DNA of 64,000 nucleotides from Pholidichthys leucotaenia (Eukaryota): NCBI GenBank assembly GCA_020510985.1, contig CM035838.1, positions 342,579,700 to 342,643,699 of the forward strand, read 5' to 3'. Shown piece by piece: positions 61,098 to 64,000 of this stretch (position 1 is its first letter; each line of letters starts with the position of its first letter). The notes under the pieces were generated by a model. It saw only the letters and a program-made list of their open reading frames with translations, ran no database searches and was not told where the DNA came from. The position numbers and the translations under genes were made by a program.

Positions 61098-64000
61098 CAG
61101 CCGCGGCCCTTGGGGAGGAGAACAAGCTGCTCTACTTGTCGGACGCACGCTCGGGGAGGCAGTTCCTCGTCGACACAGGCTCCCAGTTGAGTTTCATCAC
61201 ACCTTCCTACGCGGACAGACTAGCGGGTTCCGGAGGTCCCCGGGTGACAGCAGCGAACGGATCGGAGTTTAAGACCTTTGGTGAGAAGACTCTGCTTCTG
61301 TCTCTACACGGCCGTACATTTGAGTGGACTTTTGTTGTAGCAGCAGTAAATTTCAATATGTTGGGGGCTGATTTTTTGTGCTCACATGGTTTGTTGGTTG
61401 ATCTCGCTAACAGGCGCCTGGTTAATGCACTCTCTTTTGATTCTATCCCCTGTACAGCCCGAGTGGCCCCGCCAACAACACAAGCCAAAGTCACAGCTGC
61501 CAGCGGTAAGTTCCACACACTGCTCACTCAGTTCCCAGCACTCACGGTCCCCACATTTTCGGCAACAGTCGCTAAACACGGGGTGGAGCATTTTATTACC
61601 ACTACCGGACCGACCGTTTTTGCAAAAGCTCGGCGCTTGGACGCAGTTAAAATGGCCATAGCGCGCGAGGAGTTCGCCAACCTGGAGAGGTTGGGCATTA
61701 TCAGACGTTCAAACAGTCCTTGGGCTTCCCCGCTGCACATGGTCCCGAAAGCTGATGGATCATGGCGACCTTGCGGGGATTTCCGCAGGTTAAACAACGC
61801 TACAGCACACGACCGCTACCCAATCCCACATATCCAAGATTTTTCCGTTCACTTGGCAGGGGCGCGCGTTTTTTCTAAAATAGACTTGGTCCGCGGTTAC
61901 CACCAAGTCCCAGTGCGCACTGAGGACATACCCAAAACAGCGGTAATAACTCCGTTTGGCCTATTCGAGTTTTTACGCATGCCATTCGGACTTAAAGGGG
62001 CTGCTCAGACGTTCCAGCGCATGATGGACGCGGTGCTTCACGATCTCCCTTTCATGTTCGTCTACTTGGACGATATTTTAGTAGCCAGCGCGTCCGAAGA
62101 CGAACACGAAAAACACCTGGCCACTGTTTTCCGAAGGTTGGGAGATCACGGGTTAATAATCAACCCAGTGAAGTGTCAGTTCGGGGTGGCGCAGATCGAT
62201 TTTTTAGGACACCGCGTCTCCCCCGAAGGGGCAGTTCCGCTGCCTGACAAAGTGCGCGCGGTGGCAGACTTTCCCCGGCCGCAGTCAGTCAGGGCGTTGC
62301 AGGAGTTTTTGGGAATGGTGAATTTTTATAACTGTTTTCTCCCCCGCGCGGCGCAACTCATGCAGCCGCTGTATGCCGCGCTCAAAAAAAAGAAACCCGC
62401 AGATAAGGTCGAGTGGTCCCCGGAGCGGGACCAAGCGTTCTCGGAGGTGAAAGCAGCCTTGGCAAAGGCTGTGTTGTTGGCACACCCAAACCCAACGGCC
62501 CGCATAGCGCTCACCACTGACGCATCAGATGTGGCCATAGGGGCGGTCGTAGAGCAACATGTAGCCGGGGTTTGGCAGCCTCTCGCATTTTTCAGCAGAA
62601 CCTTGCGCGATAGCGAACGTAAATACAGCGCATTCGACAGGGAGCTGCTGGCTCTCCATTTGGCCATCCGCCACTTTCAGTTCTGGCTAGAAGGATGCTC
62701 TTTCACCGCGTTTGTTGACCACAAACCGCTAACATTCGCAATGGCCAAGGTTTCCAAACCGTGGTCAGGCCGGCAACAGAGACAGCTGGCCGCGATATCA
62801 GAGTTTACCACTGATATTCGGCATGTGGCAGGCAAACTGAATGTAGTGGCAGATTGCCTCTCGCGCGCCGTGGCGGCCCCAGTCAGCGTAGGAGTAGATT
62901 ACGCAGCCATTGCCGCGGAGCAGGTTAGTGACGCGGATGTGTGCGCGCTTCAGTCTGGACCAACAGGGTTAAGGCTGGAGAGCAGGGTGCTGCAAGACGG
63001 TATGCCCCCCCTAATCTGCGATGTCTCCACCGGACGGCCGCGTCCAGTAGTACCGGCCGTGTGGCGCCGCCGCATTTTTGACTCGATTCATTCTTTGGCA
63101 CACCCGGGAGTGCGCGCGTCGGTCAAAATGGTAGGAGAGAAATTTGTGTGGTCGAGCCTTCGCAAACAGGTTAAAGAGTGGGCAGCAGCCTGCACGGCGT
63201 GTCAACGAGCCAAAGTACACAGACACATGGAGGCTCCTTTGGAGCCGTTTCACATTCCGGCCAAGAGGTTCGATCACGTTCATGTGGACCTCGTGGGCCC
63301 CCTCCCGCCGTCACAAGGGTGCACACACCTTCTGACAATGGTGGACCGCACCACGTGCTGGCCTGAAGTGGTCCCGCTGGCATCAACCACGGCCGAGGAG
63401 GTGGCGCGCGCGTTTTTAACAGCTTGGGTGGCGCGTTTCGGCGTTCCGTCGGACATTACGTCCGACAGAGGCCCTCAATTTGTGTCCGAGCTTTGGTCGA
63501 CAATGGCCCGCAGCCTGGGTGTCACAACTCACCGCACAACCGCGTACAATCCGCAGGCTAACGGGTTATGCGAGCGTTTTCATAGGTCATTGAAAGCAGC
63601 TCTCAGAGCGTCACTGACAGATTCAAATTGGGTAGACAAGTTACCGTGGGTGTTATTGGGGTTGCGTTCTGCGCCTAAAGAGGACTTAGAAGCCTCTCCA
63701 GCGGAGCTCGTGTTTGCACAGCCACTCCGGCTGCCTGGGGAGTTTCTCCCAGATAACCCTGCGCCAGACGCCTCCCCGTCTCAGCTGTTGCGGAGTAATA
63801 TAGAATCAAGCACGCTGCCCGGCCCCGTGCACCACAGTTTTCCGCGCGTTTTTGTGCCTAAAACTTTGAAGAATGCAGAGTTTGTTTTTGTCAGACACGA
63901 TGCTCACCAAACCCCGCTGCGACCGCCTTATGATGGACCGTTCAGAGTGCTAGAAACAGGGGACAAGCAGTTTTTGCTAGATTTGGGGGGTAGGAAAGAG
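61090..64000 (+). CDS. J pro-pol, -1 frame relative to gag, open to the window end (partial)
   Basis: [21 protein letters not shown], RNase H, integrase HHCC plus [16 protein letters not shown]. Manual translation found no stop. It is absent from the ORF track because it has no stop within the window. Confidence 0.7.

Larger units (their letters stand above)
60007..64000 (+). mobile_element. Element J: family-X LTR retrotransposon, 5' LTR + PBS + gag + pol, running off the window end
   Basis: LTR 60007-60343 (TGTGGTGGACACAC...CATCTCCACAC). PBS TGGTGACCCGAGACGT at 60344. pol is open through coordinate 64000. Confidence 0.8.

Noticed and set aside
1-64000. Prokaryotic-style features (operons, CRISPR arrays, RBS/terminators, defence systems)
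   Set aside because: The sequence is eukaryotic and TE-dominated. There are no repeat-spacer arrays or compact co-directional gene clusters. Poly-G/(GT)n runs are microsatellites.

Overview
This 64-kb window is eukaryotic, most likely teleost fish, and is almost entirely transposable elements; no prokaryotic features are present (no operons, CRISPR arrays or rRNA/tRNA genes). No host gene can be called with confidence; the one TE-free stretch (about 1.8-6.8 kb) holds only a weak candidate exon pair, a MITE and an LTR fragment.

Five kinds of element are present:
- Non-LTR LINEs of at least three families: an unclassified LINE 5' half running off the window start (1-1795), the 3' end of another at 14365-15283, one essentially full-length L2-clade copy (15750-20835) carrying a tRNA-derived SINE plus two 3' fragments of the same family arranged head-to-head (34670-37256), and 5'- or 3'-truncated L1/Tx1-like pieces (20840-22347, 55746-60006).
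- A Ty3/gypsy-like LTR retrotransposon family, here called family X. It has a tRNA-Trp-type PBS (TGGTGACCC...), LTR termini TGTGG...CTCCACA(C) and 4-5 bp TSDs. Eight copies are present: A, B, C, D, E, H, J and one solo LTR fragment.
- A chromodomain-bearing Ty3/gypsy (chromovirus) family with 570-654 bp LTRs: two 5'-truncated or old copies, one structurally complete young copy (G), and two solo LTRs.
- A class-I (gamma/epsilon-like) ERV gag-pro-RT fragment.
- A decayed Tc1/mariner transposon and a MITE.

The elements are heavily nested. A sits inside B's integrase. G sits inside F's RT, and F sits inside family-X element D/E's RT. Solo LTRs and the Tc1 lie inside other elements. Most junctions could be confirmed by restoring the interrupted ORF and finding the target-site duplication.

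The dense, mixed-orientation, hierarchically nested TE content with inverted LINE arms is what a heterochromatic TE island or piRNA-cluster-like locus looks like. That reading is an inference from the sequence only.
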